From the human T2T-CHM13v2.0 reference genome, Homo sapiens, in assembly GCF_009914755.1 (NCBI RefSeq), contig NC_060928.1: DNA of 64,000 bases; one strand, written 5' to 3'. The position numbers and the translations under genes are program-made. The notes beneath the pieces were generated by a model. That model saw only the letters and a program-made list of their open reading frames with translations. It was not told the origin of the DNA and did no database searches. This document shows, piece by piece, positions 62,457 through 64,000 of this stretch (positions are counted from its first letter, which is position 1; each line of letters starts with the position of its first letter).

Positions 62457-62458
62457 AA

Positions 62459-62758
62459 TTTTTTATTTTTATTTTTATTTTTTCAGACAGCCTCACTCTT
62501 TACCCAGGCTGGAGTGCAGTGGTGCGATCTTGGCTCACTGCAACCTCCGCTTCTCTGGTTCAAGAATTCTTGTGCCTTAGCCCCCTGAGTAGCTGGGATT
62601 ATAGGCATGTGCCACCACACCCAGCTACATTTTGTATTTTTAGTAGAGATGGGGTTTCACCATGTTGGCCAGGCTGGTCTCGAACTCCTGACCTCAAGTG
62701 ATCCACCTGCCTCAGCCTGCCAAGGTGCTGGGATTACAGTGAGCCACTGTGCCCGGCT
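62459..62758 (-). mobile_element. AluS
   Basis: Antisense dimer; TSD GAGGACAGTATT. Confidence 0.92.
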
Positions 62759-63809
62759 TGAGGACAGTATTTTAAATCAATGTTTATTCCAGTTAGAAAA
62801 CTGATGGGTTTAGATTTGGGAGAAGAGCAAGTGGTTAGAAAAATTCAGTGGTTTTATGATTATCTAATTTCAACATGAGAATATATTTTTCATCCAGACA
62901 TTTACTAGCTTTTGAAATTACTGCTTTTGTGGATAATATAAAGATATGGATAAAGCATCAGAATAATAGAAACAGAAAGTGATTTAATATTAGAAGCTCC
63001 TTCTCTTTGGGCTTCTAATTTTCTTATGCCAAGGGTAGATTTATTTTACTGGCATCTGGGCTATGCCTAGAAGCTGTAGTTGATGATAAAAAATAAAGAA
63101 CAAAATAAAGAAAAAAAATCCTGCCACATTTCTCCTGGATTATGGATATTTGAAAAAGTACCAGTAGGTCACTGGCATTTTTCATATAGATGATTGTGTC
63201 CTGGAGAACTAATATTGTCTAATATTGTCTGTGTAGCATCTTATACAAACCATACAATGAGACCGGCAGACAGTGAGTCCAGGTTTAATGGCAAATATCT
63301 GTATCTGCCTGCCCCAGGTAAACAGTGCTTTGTCCTAGAAATCTCCAGTAGTGTGCAGATCTCTAGTGGCTGCAGAATGACTTTGGTAGCCTGGGTAGCA
63401 CCCAGTTGAATTGGCCACTATCAGACAAAGAATAATAAATTGCCTTAATAAAACAACACGTCCTTTAGTTGACTGTTGGGCAATTGTTTGTGGAGGCAGC
63501 TTTCCGGTCAGCCTGTGTTTATTTCTAGGCCATCATTCTATTGCTGCTTTAAGCCAATCCAGATCACATTTAATTCTTGCCTCTGCTTCCTCTTCCTTTG
63601 TCCCATCTGTCTCGCTCCAGCATGTTTTGGGAAAATCTAAAAATGATTGCTTTTATACTATTATTTCAATAGCATCTTTAATTTCATAGTTTTCTTTGCT
63701 GGTCGAGTACTGGCATACAGTTTGAGGGAAAAAAAGAATGTTTTTATTCGTGTGTTTTCCTTCTTTGTCTCTGAAATGTTCTTTTTCATCTTTGTAATTT
63801 CTGATTGTG

Positions 63810-63995
63810 GTGTAATTTAAAGAGTTGGGACTTGAGATTGAAACAGAACAGGACTTGAGAGAGTTACTTCTACCTTTTATTACCTCTGTGACTTTGACAG
63901 TTCACATAATCATTCAGATCTTAATTTTCTCATCTATAGAATACACGTGATGATGTCTACTTTTTGGTGTAGGTGGGAGGATTAAGTCATTGTAC
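63810..63995 (+). mobile_element. MIR
   Basis: CTGTGACTTTGAC...TTTTCTCATCTATAGAAT core. Confidence 0.6.
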
Positions 63996-64000
63996 ATTTG

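Overview
Hominid (very probably human) genomic DNA, repeat-dense, containing the 5' part of SNX25 (sorting nexin 25, PXA-RGS-PX-PXC family) on the + strand. Three coding exons splice in frame: 11542-11970, 48588-48672 and 60139-60355. Exon 1 lies in a CpG island and, with the start of exon 2, adds a 164-aa N-terminal extension with two hydrophobic segments ahead of the MDKALKEVFDYSYRDY start in exon 2. A second CpG island at about 5290-6000 has a minus-strand splice donor and a near-perfect RFX X-box. It is most likely the promoter and non-coding first exon of the divergent neighbour CFAP97 (KIAA1430); that name comes from knowledge of the locus, not from coding sequence in the window. The rest is intron or intergenic: about 50 Alus, a Tigger1 split by Alus, a full-length antisense SVA with TSDs, solo LTRs (LTR22-, LTR32-, MER21-, MLT-like), L1/L2/MIR fragments, MER33/MER63/MER47, and a 34-bp VNTR grown inside an L2. 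Almost all ORFs in the supplied track are repeat or GC artefacts. I found no convincing new biological system. The best leads are the uORF/overlapping-ORF layout in front of the membrane-anchored SNX25 start, possible interleaved promoters, the SVA with a 15-mer higher-order hexamer tract, and several rearranged Alus. Repeat boundaries are approximate and subfamily names are recalled, not searched.
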